Notes under the pieces: model-generated
What the model was told of the DNA's origin: nothing
Seen by the model: the letters and a program-made list of their open reading frames with translations, nothing else
Database searches by the model: none
Position numbers and translations under genes: made by a program
Shown: positions 48,501-61,885 of the stretch, in pieces
How the letters are laid out: each line of letters starts with the position of its first letter
How positions within the stretch are numbered: position 1 is the stretch's first letter
Assembly: GCF_037042905.1 (NCBI RefSeq)
Contig: NC_087249.1
Location: 52,328,001-52,392,000, forward strand
Source: Lytechinus pictus
Taxonomy: Eukaryota
DNA length: 64,000 nucleotides
Direction of reading: 5' to 3'

Positions 48501-51500
48501 ATTCAAATTTGTGGATTGCACCCAGTAAATAAAGAAAGAGCCGCGACCAAGGTCACCATGATAATACAAGTAGGCTGCCTCCACCATTGGCAACTGAGTC
48601 CATCATTAGAAAAAAAAATTATAGTGTGCATAGAAAGTAATGATTGTAATAATAACAATGTGTTTGATATTGATAATAATAGACTAGATAATAATGGTAA
48701 CAATAATACCAATACAATTTATGTATGTGTTTTGTATCCACTCTACATAGTGGTCAAGCCACTTAATTATTGTCATTATTATCGTTGGCATTGTTAGAAA
48801 AGTCTCACATGAGTGTAATATCCTTTGCCAGTAATATTATATTATATTACTAGGACAGTACCTGAACTGAATGATGATCCTAAGCACTGTTTGCAGACAT
48901 TGAAATTTGTGAGATATTTCCTTTTTTTGAGCAAGCGCCATGAGCGCCCAGCTGAGGCGTATACCGGCGCTTTACAAGAACCCATCATCATCAGTGTAAT
49001 CAAAAGTTTTGGAATAAAGTTATTCTTTCATATAGCCTAAACATCTGATCATATTGTTCCTTTTATTCCTATTAGTTATGGGATCTGATGATGCCTAATA
49101 CCAAACTAGAGAAACGCATCACAAGGCAATGGACTGAACTTGGTTTCCAAGGTGATGATCCAGCGACGGACTTCAGAGGCATGGGTGAGTAGACATTATC
49201 CACAAGACTTCAATCTTAGGTAACGAGCATCCTCAAACTTACTCATTTTTCTAGTACTAGTACGTTATCTTTTTTTCTTTTGTTTTTTATTCTGTTGACT
49301 TGAATTCAGATTACAGCTTAACCCAGTCAATACTTCATTAATTAGCGGCATCTCCTGGTCAGCTTCAAGATAATTAATACTAGTAGCACACTGTATTTAC
49401 GGTAGATACAATTTCATGAAGGTGCACTAATACCATTACCTTGGCTTTAGCTTGAGCTGCTGCTTCCAACGTTCAGTGAATGTATTCAAATACTTCATTG
49501 AAAAAAAAAATCCTGCTGGGTACCCATTCACCTTACCAGGGTTGAGTGCAGCACATTGTGGATCAATTTCTTGCTAAACAAAAACATGCCATGGCTGAAA
49601 GATGAATCAGAACCGTGATACATTCTTGAGCATCCCTTTCTATTCTTCCTCCATCTCAGATAAAAACCTTATGGTGATGTTTATTAATTTCATTTAATTT
49701 CATTTTATATAATAATGTTTCTTTTTCTCTTTTGTTTCTTTCCTAGGAATGCTTGGACTTAATAACTTAATGTAAGTATCACATGATTGAGTCTTTGTTT
49801 TAATTTTGCACCTCTATTTCTTCATGAGAAATTGACAGTGAAACTTTGGTACAACTCATAATATTTCTTTTTTTCTGGAATCCAGGCGATATTTTGATTT
49901 ATATCCTGGATGAATCAAATCCTGTATAGCAGTGGGTTAATTAGCCAAGAATTTAGACAATATGGCGTATCGGGCCAAATTTTTATAATTTTTTTTTCAA
50001 GTTGCAAGTGAGTGAATCGAGTGAGCACAAATTTCAAAATTTGTATTACAAAAATCAAATTTTGTGATAGATTTTTCAGAAAATGATATGAGACTTCACC
50101 TTTCTCTTTTTCTTTCCTTTTCTCTTTTTTTCTTGGTCGTGAAAGTTTGTAGGAGCAAGCGCCTCCCAAGCCCCCCCCCCCCCCATCTGTATGCCACTGC
50201 TGTATAATGATTGGTTCAAATAACATCTTGTGACCAAACATATTCCAGCTATAATGCCCATGATGAAAATTTGCTATGCCATGATGTCAATGATGAAATA
50301 ATGCACTCTTCTATCATCATAGATTTAGAAATCAACAACTTTATTTACCATTATATTTTCATGCAGATTTTTTGCTGAGAATTACAATGGAGTGGCAAGG
50401 CAAACTCTGATTCACTCTCAACATCCTAAATTATGGTAAGATTTATTCATTTTATTTTAAGTAATGATGTTGATCACTCCTATATTTGTCACATGTTACT
50501 CTTGTTACTTATATTTTTACCTTTGTCATGGCTGAGACACCAAGTAAATTAGCTCAAGCATAGACTGAGATTGGCACATGTAAACAAATTTTCTTGCAGT
50601 AAGCCATTAGTACCATAGTGGGAATTGAACCCTAGACCTTATGGTTCCAAATTTCTGGACCCCCCCAAAAAAAAAAAAATAATAATAAATAAATAAATAA
50701 AATCTCATACAAGTGGAAGAAACTTGTATGTAAAGAGTATCATGCATTTATGTGAGTAAATATCTGGGCCCCGTTTCATAAGTTACCATTATGGTAACTT
50801 TGCCATCCAATGGTAACTACCATGGTAATGCTGATCAACAGCCAATCAGAATCAAGGATTCCATGCAAGTTACCTTTGCATGGCAAAGTTACCATGATGG
50901 TAAGTTTTATGCAACGGGGTCCAGGTCATTGGATCAAGGTCAAAATCATTTCGGGTTTTAAAAACTTGTTAAAAATTGATATTTTCTCCTAACTTCAAAA
51001 GTGATTTGATCAAATCCATTACTTTCCTATTTTTGAAACTTAGAGATGAATAAAGTACAAATTTCAAGTTTAAATATGAAAAGCTGAAGTTATCTCAAAT
51101 AGCCTTTGAGCTTGACTCAGTAACAATTTCACATGATTTGTGATATCTGTGCCCCATCTCATATAAGTTTCTTAATATAATAAGATACTTTAGAAATGTA
51201 TATGTATGTCAATTATATGTTACAAGTATGAACATTTTGTCCAAATTTATGAAACTGATGATTTCACCATGATTGATTGTTGTATTGCATTGCATATTGC
51301 AGGCGAGACTACCGGGGCATTCCCAATCCTTCTTGCTTCTTATTTAAGTTTCCAATCACCCTCTGTTCATTTATGATTCAAATATCCAGGTACTCCTATG
51401 CTGTAGTTGGTATCAACTTGACCAACCTAGCATATGATCTACTAAAAGATGGACAGCTCAGGGAATATTTCTACTACACTGTAACGGGAGAACCAGCCAT

Positions 51501-52094
51501 ATATCATTTCCATAGAATATATAGTAAGTAGGATTCTGTTCACTGATTTGTAGTAACTCACAGTCAAGAGTGTCCTTATACTGTAAATGCTAAACATTTG
51601 TTGTGGTTTTATTTTTACAAATTTTGTGAATGCGTACATTTTCAATTTCTGATATTTCTGTACAAAATGAATGCTAATACAATAAATTTCATATTAATAA
51701 AGGGTAACTGGCTGAGGAATTATTTCACTTCTGACCGTAATAGGAGAACAAGCTGTAACACTTGCTTTTTAAATGACAATTTCTGTCTTCTTCACTGTCA
51801 ATGTATAAAGTGTTCTAGACTAGTCCAAAGCAAGTGACATTCTCTGTGAATTGTCAATATCAAAGTGATTATCATCATGATGATTGATATTAGTGTATTG
51901 CTTTTATCCATTTGATATTGATTTCATTGACAGGTCAAGTGTTTGCTGAATTTGATAGCTTCTGGTTTGCCGAGAAGCCCAAGAATGTGATGGAGTTCGG
52001 TAGCGTGCGTGACAAGTTTGAGAAGAAGGTCGTCGGCCTGCTGATGAAGAGCGATAATGCCGTTCTTCATAACAATTACACTGGGATGTCATGA
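45598..52094 (+). CDS. ELMOD2: ELMO domain-containing protein 2-like (Arf/Arl GAP), 300 aa
   Basis: Exons 45598-45745, 46608-46734, 48283-48412, 49076-49184, 49747-49771, 50367-50435, 51390-51523, 51934-52094 (903 nt). N-terminus KWVLRRATGKCELLRI, signature QW.ELGFQGDDPATDFRGMGMLGL.NL, YSYAVVGINLT, EFDSFW..EKP.NVMEF. Confidence 0.92.
47853..48180 (-). mobile_element. L2/CR1-group LINE 3' fragment
   Basis: ORF YRPSRSLRS..GERSFAYACPTLWNSLP, followed by an (ATT)n tail near 47853. Confidence 0.8.
50766..50922. mobile_element. Small hairpin MITE, same family
   Basis: GGGCCCCGTTTCATAA..TTATGCAACGGGGTCC, flanked by CTG/CAG; central CCAATCAG. Confidence 0.7.
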
Positions 52095-53547
52095 TGCTGG
52101 TGATACAGTGTGTGTACTGAAGTCATGCAAAGTAAGCTGAGAGCAGCGATACCCGTTAAGGGACTATACTAGAGCTTTACACTCAACTTGATCTACAAGT
52201 AAATGTATTTGATATTTTTCTCAGATAGTTTAATACTGCATGGGCTAAACCCATTTGGTTCATCAGTTTGGTGTAATTGCCATTTAGTCTAAACTACACT
52301 TGTTCTGAAACCTTTATTATCACCTGGGACCCATTCCATAAAACTTGTTATGATAACAAAGTTCCAATAAAAGTTAAAAGCTACTGAAATCCTTCAATCT
52401 GATTGGCTGATAGTAAATTTGTCATAGAAATTGTGCATTTGTTATGAAACACCTGGTCCTGTTCTCAATTTGTCTAATACGCAGTTGGTCTGATTTCTTG
52501 TTTGTCTCCTCTTTGTCAGATAGAATTTTGGTTCATAAACACTCCTATCCATAAAGACTGAGTGGTATTAGACCAAGTAGATATTAGATGAAATGTGTAT
52601 ATCCTAACTGGAATTTGGACAAAATGGTGAATGAGCTAAACAGTTATAAGTCTAGATAGGAGATGGACTAGTATAGACCAACTAGGATTAGACCAAGTGG
52701 AATGAGACCAAACGGAATGTAGACGAAGTGGTTTAAGACCCATCAGCAATCTACCATGTGACCATGTACGTAATGAGTTATGACTTTATATAATGCCATA
52801 CTGAAAATGAAACATACCTCTTCATGATGCTCTAAATTCTTTGAGTTGGGGCTGAGCGTTGACACTAGCGGGCCTAGTTTCATAAAACTATTATCCAGGA
52901 GGCCATTGCTTAAAGACTTGTGATTGAACACTACACAAAAATCAAACACAATATGATTTTGAATTGATGAAATGCTTATATTGGAGACCTACACTTGATT
53001 TTTGTATTCAAGCACAATTCTCTCAGCTATAGCCCCTTGCTGTTGTAGTGATTTACTGAAATCATGGCACTTTGGTTGACTGAGGAAAATTTTTTCATAC
53101 AAATATAATATTTTCTTATTGATGACAAGTTTTATGACACCGGGCCTTGGTGGAATGACAATAGATATTGTAACTTCACTCATTCCTGCCAACTCTTCAC
53201 TGCAGGAACATGTACAAATTAACTCTATGCCTACTGAAACTAAGTGATTCCTGTATAAAGTTTATGTGAATTAACAATACTGTAATCAAGTTAATGTAAT
53301 ATGGAGCATCATTGATCACTTTAGATGTTTGTGTATGTGGTTCATAAAAAGAATCTACACTGTATGACTTGTAGAAAAGATAAGATATTTTTGTTTTCTC
53401 AATGTTTTTTTTAATGTTGGACCCAATTTTCTACGAACAGTCTTGTGGTTGCATTCATTTATCATTTTAATTGCATATCATGGAGTGGTATTAATGTTTA
53501 TCTTGATTATGAGTGTATTTTGTAGTTTCTTCTTTCACCTCCCCCAG

Positions 53548-56500
53548 TAGTCCGGGTTATAATTGAGCAAGGTGCCACAAGAAAAAGGAGAAATTTTCAT
53601 ATAGTGCTTCTAGACCAGTTTTTTACGCTGAATATGAATATATGAGGTAACCAGGCTGTATCCTGAAAATTATTCCGTGAGGGCGCTTTTTTCAAAATGG
53701 CCGCCAAATTTTCAGAACATTTGAATTTTCGTACATAGATTTTGACATAAATATTCCATTGCCACAAAATTAGTGTCATATGAAAGACAAATAAATTTTC
53801 TACAATTTGGTACTATTTATAGGGGATAAGTAGGTTATTTGGCTGAGATTTTAAGTAGAAAACTGCATTTTTTGTCATTTTTTCCCAAAAATTGAAAATT
53901 TTGCAAATACATGATTTTACATAATTCTGAGAAAAATGAATGAATTACCTTGAAATGTTCCAGAAAACTTTATTGATATACTATTATCATGTGGATGAAA
54001 TTCCAACTCTGTATCATTCTTCTTAGCAAATTTATAAGGTATCAAACTTGAATACTTCAATTTCAGAAATGTCGCTTTTTGTATGCATTTCCATAGACTA
54101 ATACGTATAACATGTACTGTACATACATGTATAATATGTATAATGTATAGTTTAATAAAATTTAAATGCAATTATCTCCGCTATTTAACCACTTGGAGAG
54201 TTAAGAGTAGGCTTTTCTCTATCAGCTACATAAAACAAAATGTTGGCACATCAAGGCCTGACCCTCTCATGGGGTGGGGGTGTCGAAGTCACCCCCCCCT
54301 TGCCCTTGGCTATATCATGTTGTTGTATATTGCCTATTTGTTGGCAAAATCTCTGTTTTTTGGAGCACCCATTGAAGCAAAAACAGGCATTTCTGCTATA
54401 CAGTACAGTCACTTTGATTGCTTTGAAACCACTTGGAGAGGAAAGAGTATATAGGCTTTGTTCTACCAGCTACATACAAAGTGGCACATCGAAGCCTACC
54501 ACTCTCGGGGGGGGGGGGGGGGGTGGTTTGCTTAATATTGCCAATTTATTTGAAAATTCACAATTTTGGACCCAACATTGAGGCCAAAAATCGTTTGTGC
54601 TTTGTTGTACACCCCATTTTATTGATTTGAAACCACTTAGAGAGGAAAGAGTAGAGTTTGTTCTACCAGCTACATATAAATAAGCACTGGCACATTGAAC
54701 CCTAGCCCTCTCATGGGCTGTCTAAGTCACCCCCCCCCCCTCTATATCATGTATATTGCCGATTTATTGGATATTTCTCCATTTTGGATCACCCATTCAG
54801 GCAAAAGCGCGTTCCTACTATATAGTACAGCCAATTTTATTTTCTTGCAATGAATTGGAGAGGAAAGATTAGGCTTTGCTCTATCAGCTACATATCAAGA
54901 AGTGTTGGCAAATCAAAGCCTATCCCCTTCAGAATGTTCAGGGGGCTGTAGAATTTACCCCACCAATTTTCGGTAATTGACTATCTATTGGACAGTCACA
55001 ATTTGCATCACCCATTGAGGCAAAGGGCGTTTCTACTACATAGTACAGCAAATTTCTTTTCTAGCAATGACTTGGAGAGGAAAGAGTAGGCTTTGCTCTA
55101 TAAGCTACATATAAAGAAGTGTTGGCAAATCAAAGCGTATCTCCTTCAAGCGGCTGTAGAAGTTACCCCACTAATTTTCGGTTTTTGGCTATTTGTTGAA
55201 AAGTCACCATTTTGGAGCCCCCATTGAAGCAAAAAGGCGTCTCTGATATATAGTTCTGCCACTTTTATTGCCTTGAAACCACTTAGAGAGGAAAGAATAG
55301 GCTTTGCTCTATCAGCTACATAATTTTGTGCTGGCAAATAAAAGCCTACCCCCTTCTGGGGGCTGTCGAAATCACCCCCTCACCCCTTTGCGTTATTACC
55401 TATTTATAGAAATTCACCTTTTTTGAGCCCCCATTGAGGTAAAAAGACATCTCTGATATAAAGTTCTGCCACTTTTACTGCCTTGAAACCAATTAAGGAG
55501 GAAAGAATATGCTTTGCTCTACAAAGAAGTGCTGGCACATTGAAGCTTACCTATCTTGGCGGCTGTCAAATCACCCCACCCCTCTTGCATTATTGCCTAA
55601 TTATTTGAAAATTCACAATTTTTGAGCCCCCATTGAGGCGATATGCATTTCTGCTGTATAAAACACCCAATTTCATTTTCTTGAAACCACTTGGAGAGGA
55701 AAGAGTAGGTTCCCATCTTTCAGCTATATATAACGAATTGCTGCCATATCGAAACCTGACCCACTTCAGGGGACTATATAGATGTTACCCCACCTTTTTT
55801 ACGATTTTTTCCAATTCATTGGAAAACTCGCCATTTTGGAGCCCCATTGAGGCAAAAAAGTGTTTCTGGTATATAGTAGAGCCACTTCTTTATATGTAGC
55901 TGTTAGAGGAAAGCCTACTCTTTCCTCTCCAAGTAGTTTCAAGGCGGTAATAGTGGTAGAACTGTATATCAGAACCGCCTTTTTGCCTTAATGGGGGCTC
56001 CAAAATGGTGAATTTTCCAATAAATAAGCAATAATGAAAAAGGGGTGGGGTGATTTCAACAGCCCTCTGATGGGGATAGGCTTTTATTTGCGAGCATGTC
56101 TTTATATGTAGCTGTTAAAGCAAAGCCTAGTTTTTCTCTCCAAGAGTTTTCAAGGGTGAAAAAAGGCAGAAACATAATCAGAAATGACTATCTGCCCCAA
56201 TGGGGGCTCCAAAGTGGTTATTTTTTCAATAAATTGGCAATAATGCAAAAGGGATGGGTGATTTCGACAGCCTCCTGCTGTTTGCCTGCACTTCTTTATA
56301 TGTGGCTGTTAAAGCAAAACCTATTCTTTCCTCCCTAAGTGGTTTCAAGGATTTAAAAGTGGCAGAACTATATATCAGAAACGCCTTTTTTCCTCAATGG
56401 AGGCTCCAAAATGGTGAATTTCAAGGGGGGGGGGGGTAATTTCGACAGTCCCCTAAAGGGAGTAGGCTTTTATTTGCCAGCACATCTTTTTATGTAGCTG

Positions 56501-58477
56501 ATAAAGCAAAACCTATTCTTTACTCCCTAAGTGGTTTCAAGGCAGTAATAGTGGCAGAACTATATCAGAAATGCCTTTTTGCCTAAATGGGGGCTCCAAA
56601 ATAGTGAATTTTCCAATAAATAGGCAATAATGCAAAAGGGGTGGGGTGATTTCAACAGCCTCCCGGAGGGGGTAGGCTTTTATTTGCCAGCACTTCTTTA
56701 TATGTGGCTGATAAAGCAAATCCTATTCTTTCCTCCATAAGTGGTTTCAAGGCAGTAAAAGTGGCAGAACTATATCAGAAACGCCTTTTTGCCTAAATGG
56801 GGGCTCCAAAATGGTGAATTTTTCAATAAATATGCTATAATGCAAAAGGGATGGGGTGATTTCAACAGCATCCCGGAAGGGGTAGGCTTTTCTTTGCCAG
56901 CACTTGTTTATATGCAGCTGATAGAGCAAAGCCTACTCTTTCCTCTCCAAGTCATTGCAAGAAAATGAAATTGGCTATATAGTAGAAACGCACTTTTGCC
57001 TCAATGGGTGATTCAAAATGGTGTAATTTCCAATAAATAGGCAATATACATGATATAGAGGGGGAGGGGTTGACTTAGACAGCCCCTGAGAGGGATATTT
57101 TTCGATGTGCCAGCGCTTCTTAATAATTTGTAGCTGATAGAGCAAAGCCTACGCTTTTCTCTCAAAGTAATTGCAAGAAAATAAAATTGGCTGTATGATA
57201 TAAAAACGCCCTTATGCCTCAATGGGTGATCCAAAATGGTGAAATTTCCAATAAATAGGCAACATACATGATATAGAGGAGGGGGTGACTTAGACAGCCC
57301 CTGAGAGGGCTAGGGTTCGATGTGCTAGCGCTTATTTATGTAGCTGGTAGAACAAACTCTACTCTCTCAAATTAATAAAATACTATTTAAGCACAAACGC
57401 TTTTTTGCCTCAATGTTGGGTCCAAAATGGTGAATTTCCAAATTCATTGGCAATAAGCAAAAGGGGGAGGGGTGACTTCCCCAGCGCCCTCCCCCCCCCC
57501 CCCCCCCCGAGAGGGGTTGGCTTCGATGTACGTGCCACTTCTTTTGATATAGCTGGTAGAACAAACATGACAAAGCTTACTCTTTTCCTCTCCAAGTGGT
57601 TTCAAAGTAATTAAAGTGGCTGTACTGTATAGCAGAAATGCCTTTTGCCTCAATGGGTGCTTCAAAAAATAGTGATTTTCCAATAAATAGGCAATATACA
57701 ACAACATGATATAGCCAAAGGGGGTGGGGGGGGGGGCTTCGACACCCCCACCCCATGAGAGTGTTAGGCCTCGATGTGCCAACATTTTGTTTTATGTAGC
57801 TGATAGAGAAAAGCCTACTCTTAACTCTCCAAGTGGTTAAAAAGCGGAGATAATTGCATTTAAATTTTATTAAACTATACATTATACATATTATACATGT
57901 ATGTACAGTACATGTTATACGTATTAGTCTATGGAAATGCATACAAAAAGCGACATTTCTGAAATTGAAGTATTCAAGTTTGATACCTTATAAATTTGCT
58001 AAGAAGAATGATACAGAGTTGGAATTTCATCCATATGATAATAGTATATCAATAAAGTTTTCTGGAACATTTCAAGGTAATTCATTCATTTTTCTCAGAA
58101 TTATGTAAAATCATGTATTTGCAAAATTTTCAATTTTTGGGAAAAAATGACAAAAAATGCAGTTTTCTACTTAAAATCTCAGCCAAATAACCTACTTATC
58201 CCCTATAAATAGTACCAAATTGTAGAAAATTTATTTGTCTTTCATATGACACTAATTTTGTGGCAATGGAATATTTATGTCAAAATCTATGTACGAAAAT
58301 TCAAATGTTCTGAAAATTTGGCGGCCATTTTGAAAAAAGCGCCCTCACGGGTTAATTTTCAGGATACAGCCTGGTTACCTCATATATTCATATTCAGCGT
58401 AAAAAAATGGTCTAGAAGCACTATATGAAAATTTCTCCTTTTTCTTGTGGCACCTTGCTCAATTATAACCCGGACTA
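53548..58477. mobile_element. 4.93-kb non-autonomous foldback DNA transposon (TAG..CTA termini, 3-bp TSD; possibly Academ-like)
   Basis: Begins TAGTCCGGGTTATAATTGAGCAAGG, ends with its reverse complement; CAG flanks both sides (53545-53547, 58478-58480). Outer ~700 bp arms nearly identical; inside are ~210-bp diverged tandem units whose orientation flips near 55880. Confidence 0.88.
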
Positions 58478-59433
58478 CAGACACACACACATCAATGGAA
58501 TGAAAGAAAAATAAAGATGTAGCAAGTATCACATACATTTACTTGATTGGCATTATTGTCAAACAGGCAACAACAACAAAATGCTGATTTTGCCTGCTTT
58601 TATATTTGCACAGAGGCCAACGACTTTTGTGTACAACTTTTTATACAAATTGTCTTTAGACCTGTGTTTGTAAAGCCCATTTTTTTCCAAGTGTGTTGTA
58701 ACAACCCCTTTCTAAAAGTGAATCATACCCCTCACAGTACCACCTCCCTCATGCCCCTATAATAACTAATTGTTCAGTATTAACAGGGTAACATACACAT
58801 ATGTGTGAATTAGCTTGGACATGCAATTTTAAAGTTATGATAATATTTCATCATATAACAAATGGGGTCAATAACTTCTCTCACTGACAATTTGTGATTC
58901 TCAATTTTTAAGATAAATTATGTACAGGTAATACAGATGAATCTGCCTAATTGAAACCTTTTGAGACCACAAAAATATGTTTTAATTAAGACACATTTGA
59001 CTCTAATGAAAGATGCATGTACACTTGTTCTGACAAACTGTTTTTGGAAGGTTGAGTTTGATAAGCAAAGTATACTACATGTATAGGCCTAATTGTATTT
59101 TATATTTACATGTAGCTTTTAATTCAGCCCTGTCCCCAATGTAAAGAAAGCCTATCCCCTTCATTTATTTGTGAGTACAAGTGCAATAGTTGATTAGTAA
59201 AGCAGACTAGTAGTTAACCCTATAGGCAGTCCTTACATGCTCAACATTATGCCTCATTAAATAATCAAAAGCAATAAAGGAAAACACTGTATTTTAATAC
59301 ATTACAATAGAAAACAGGATATCTTATATTCAGGGTGACTCAATCATTACTATAGATGATAACCTGTATACAGTTATATTAAAATGGTTGTGGACATGTG
59401 TTGTGTACTATTGAAGAACCTTTGAATAGAAAT

Positions 59434-59535
59434 GCCAGCTGTAATATACTGTACATGCCAGCTGTAATGTACATACCAATGTAATGCACATACCAATGTA
59501 ATGTACATGCTTCCCAGTAATCTACATGCCATCTA
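59434..59535. repeat. Short degenerate minisatellite (about 17 bp, TGTAATGTACATACCAA)
   Basis: 4-5 imperfect units. Confidence 0.6.
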
Positions 59536-60067
59536 ATGACAATAGAACAATAGATGGATACCTGAATGGAATACCATTGACTATAGAAAGAATGTCTCTG
59601 CTCATAACTTCCAAGCCACTTCACTACCTAGCAGCCAAGCAGAGAGCACCTCCCTAAAGTCTCAGGTATAGCCTTCATGTTTGTGTGTACTTGAGATTTA
59701 ACAAAATGCAATTCATGTTTTCAGCAATTATACCTCTATTCTTACTCTCATGCAAGTATCTGATCATTGAAAGTGTGTATCGTTTCCAACATGATGCCCT
59801 TTCATAATGATTATGTAATTATGGAATCACCACTAACATCTCAAATTTGGCCTAGATTTTGGTGATATGTTGGCTGTTGCAAAATACATGGTTTTCAGCA
59901 CTCTGGGGCTACACCGCTATTCCAACGCGTGTTGGAAAAGTCGACGCCAGACGGGTACGTTTTGGCCTTGAATTTCCAGCAAATTAATCAAAATTACGGC
60001 CTAAATTTAGGTCTATGTTATCAATTATATACTAATTTCATAATTATAATGTAAAACGGGTACTCAC

Positions 60068-60200
60068 GGGTTCTTTTCTTTCCAAATTTTGTGTTTTCAT
60101 CGCCTCTTCTGGCCAACTCTTGCGATGGATTTTGTCGCCATAGGATCCTGTACGTGCAAATCCAGGGCGAGTTGTCACATGACGCTCGCGAGTCTCTAGG
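60068..60200 (-). promoter_or_regulatory. CpG-rich promoter and candidate first exon of an unidentified minus-strand transcript
   Basis: GTCACATGAC (60174-60183), CTCGCGAG (60185-60192), ATGGCG at 60141, donor CCC|GTGAGT at 60068/60067. Confidence 0.4.
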
Positions 60201-61014
60201 GGTAATGGCCTTTAATCAAGGCGTTCTTTTTGCTATAATTTTATAATGACGCTTAAATATCGAAATCAATGTAGACGAGTCTGTGCAGGGGCATAACAGG
60301 GGTATATAAGAGGGGGCATAGTACATGTCGCATGTGGAAGATACAAGTTACGTAATGTAAGTCCCGAGCACTAGTGTACCTAGGGGGGGGGGGGGCAGTC
60401 TGCCCCCCCCCCCCGATGAGTCACAAACCCATGCAAATTACATATCTCTGCCCCCCGGCCCCCCTGACGAGCTTGAAAACCTATTTTGCCCCCCCCCCCG
60501 ACGAGCTTGAATACCTATTTTGCCCCCCCTGGCGAGCTTGAAGACTTTTTTTTTGCTTGTCAAATTTTTTCTGGTATGATTGAAGACCTTTTTCATTGAA
60601 GAGCCTTTTTTTCCTTTTTTTTTGCTTGTCAAATTTTTTGGCGGCCGATTTTGCCCCCCTGTGGAAAATCCTAGGTACGCCATGCACTGCCCGCGCTACA
60701 TGTATGTTGGTAGCCCTGGGACCTCTGGATATTAACTAATCCAATTTAATTACAGATGGCAGATTTTTTTATTATCTGAGTAGCCCCCCCCCCCGGATTA
60801 TTTGTTCTCACATTACTTTCCTTTTTAAATTTCCTTTCGTTCTTTCTTTCATTTTTCTTTCTTTCTTCCTTCCGTTGCTCCTATGTTTTTTTTCCAGGTG
60901 AAATCCACTCGGGGGATGGCCAGCCATGCCCCCATCTGTTTATGCCTCTGAGATGTAGGCTATACTCATGATCTTAATCTTCGATTTTCCAAAGTAGGGG
61001 GGTGCAATTTCTCA

Positions 61015-61885
61015 AGTAAAATTTGACAACCCCCCCAAAAAGGTTATCACAGAAAAATTGTCATTTTGTCTCGCGTAAGATTTGACAAGTAAAAAGAAAA
61101 GATGGTTACTAAAAATAAAAGACTCATTTTGTCCGTGTAATATTTGGCAAGCCTCCCCCCCCCCCAAGTTTAACATATCGGAGGCGCGATGGCTCAGTCG
61201 GTAGAGCAGGGGTTTCGGATTCCGGTGACCCGGGTTCGATTCCCAAGTGGTGCGCTAGTGCCCTTAAGGCTTATCCTCATTACCAGGTCCCTCGGAGAGG
61301 ACCTTAAGCCGTTGGTCCCCTGGTTGCTTGCTCACAGGCATTCGTGCTTTTTTAGCAGTCAGGTAAAAAATCTCGATATAACATAACATTAAAAAAAAGT
61401 GAAGGTCATTTTGTCCTGCGTGAAATTTTAAAAGTAATAAAAAGATGGTCACTAAAATTGAAGTTCATTTTGTTTGTGAAATATTTGGCAAGCCCCCCTC
61501 CCAAAAAAAGGTTTTAACTAAAAATGATTGAAGGCCATTTTGTTCCTCTTAAAATTTGTCAAGTATAAAAAAAAAAATCACTAAAAAATGAAGGTCATTT
61601 GTCCCACGTAAAATTTGACAAGCCCCCCCCTAAAAAAAAATGAAAGGTAGCTGATAATGATTGAAGATCATTTTTTCTTGCATAACATTTTACAAAAAAA
61701 AGTGTGTCACTATTTGGCGAGCCCCCTACCCTCCAAAAAAAAGGTTTAATTAATAATGATCGAAGGTCATTTTGTCTCTCGTAAAATTTGACAAATAAAA
61801 AAAAAGTTGTCACTAAAAAAAGAAGGTCATCTTGTCGCGCGTTATATTTGGCAAGCCCCCCACCCCCCTAAAAAAGTTTGTCATT
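61015..61885. repeat. Degenerate tandem array (about 55/110-bp units)
   Basis: Recurrent AAATTTG(A/G)CAAG..CCCC..AAAA..CACTAAAA..GAAGGTCATTTTGTC. Confidence 0.75.
61180..61390 (+). mobile_element. tRNA-derived SINE inserted in a tandem array
   Basis: TGGCTCAGTCGG A box, GGGTTCGATTCCC B box, then non-tRNA body and A-rich end. Confidence 0.75.

Noticed and set aside
54200-57800. CRISPR-like repeat array
   Set aside because: Eukaryotic context; units are long diverged tandem repeats without unique spacers; no cas genes.
53597-58428. Mirror-image ORF pairs (e.g. 53917-54171 and 57854-58108)
   Set aside because: Artefacts of the inverted arms; no transposase motifs.
61180-61255. tRNA gene
   Set aside because: A and B boxes are present but there is no proper acceptor stem, and it continues into a SINE body.
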